DNA of 64,000 nucleotides. Origin: Planctomycetota bacterium. Its GTDB lineage: Bacteria > Planctomycetota > Brocadiia > JAADGH01. Location: contig JAADGH010000213.1 in the NCBI GenBank assembly GCA_013152475.1, forward strand, positions 2,271 through 66,270, written 5' to 3'. Both the position numbers and the translations under genes were made by a program. Below, piece after piece: positions 63,912-64,000 of this stretch. The notes under the pieces are model-generated. The model was given only the letters and a program-made list of their open reading frames with translations, searched no databases and was not told the DNA's origin. The first letter of the stretch is position 1; every line of letters starts with the position of its first letter.

Positions 63912-64000
63912 AGCGAAACGACCAGACGAAATCTTATAGGAAGGCCTACGACGGGCTTGCCGGCGCGATGCCGGGCCTCGCGGAATGGCGGAACACGGAG
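63908..64000 (+). CDS. 5' end of a further coupled ORF (truncated by window end)
   Basis: The ATG at 63908 overlaps the upstream stop (ATGA). The open frame MKRNDQTKSYRKAYDGLAGAMPGLAEWRNT... runs to the window edge. No function can be assigned. Confidence 0.3.
   Translation, partial: MKRNDQTKSYRKAYDGLAGAMPGLAEWRNTE

Noticed and set aside
1-64000. Search by eye for tRNA (T-arm GGTTCGAAT-like strings), rRNA, tmRNA or RNase P hallmarks, CRISPR repeats, reverse transcriptase or defence-system genes, and toxin-antitoxin pairs.
   Set aside because: Nothing convincing was found. Visual scanning is insensitive, so tRNAscan-SE, Infernal/Rfam and a CRISPR finder should be run, especially on 4756-5999, 20854-21080 and 40751-41030.

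Overview
GC-rich bacterial chromosomal window from a diderm organism, judged from an LptE-like lipoprotein, a Wza-type exporter and a C-terminal-Phe beta-barrel. WD40, HEAT and TPR-rich proteins and a PEP-CTERM-style EPS locus suggest a PVC/Planctomycetota-like or related lineage, but that is inference only. About 50 protein genes are supported. By eye I found no rRNA, tRNA, CRISPR array or convincing intrinsic terminator. Layout: (1) 55-3469, minus strand: an IclR regulator translationally coupled to two paralogous SPL/COG1533-like radical SAM enzymes. (2) 3611-4755, minus strand: rimI-nth. (3) 4760-5990: a visibly lower-GC spacer with a small Cys-knuckle acidic protein gene and an IS630-like transposase HTH relic. 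(4) 6000-20853, plus strand: a tightly coupled six-gene operon of membrane-associated proteins, and my candidate for the undescribed system. It encodes two ~650-aa polytopic proteins and a 1955-aa fusion (degenerate M28/PA peptidase-like domain, WD40 propeller, 3 TM helices, FtsX/MacB-type permease). It also encodes a SecD-P1-head-like anchored protein and two anchored HEAT-repeat proteins, with no ATPase or recognisable catalytic site. (5) 21.0-39.5 kb: a housekeeping block of purA, uppS, cdsA, phoH, pgpH-like, ybeY, corC, recO, TPR, lptE-like, ftsH, folP, cdaA, cdaR, pdxJ, dapA, folE and moeB/thiF. (6) 39.4-40.8 kb: a convergent TPR gene. (7) 41-64 kb: a long, translationally coupled exopolysaccharide locus that runs off the window end. 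It contains a FecR-domain protein, beta-barrel, Wza-like, Wzc-like, two Wzy_C/O-antigen-ligase-like proteins, wecB, several GTs, a methyltransferase, asnB-like, a B12-radical SAM, WecA-like and a DUF3473-type deacetylase. All family assignments come from reading motifs in the supplied translations. No database search was run.
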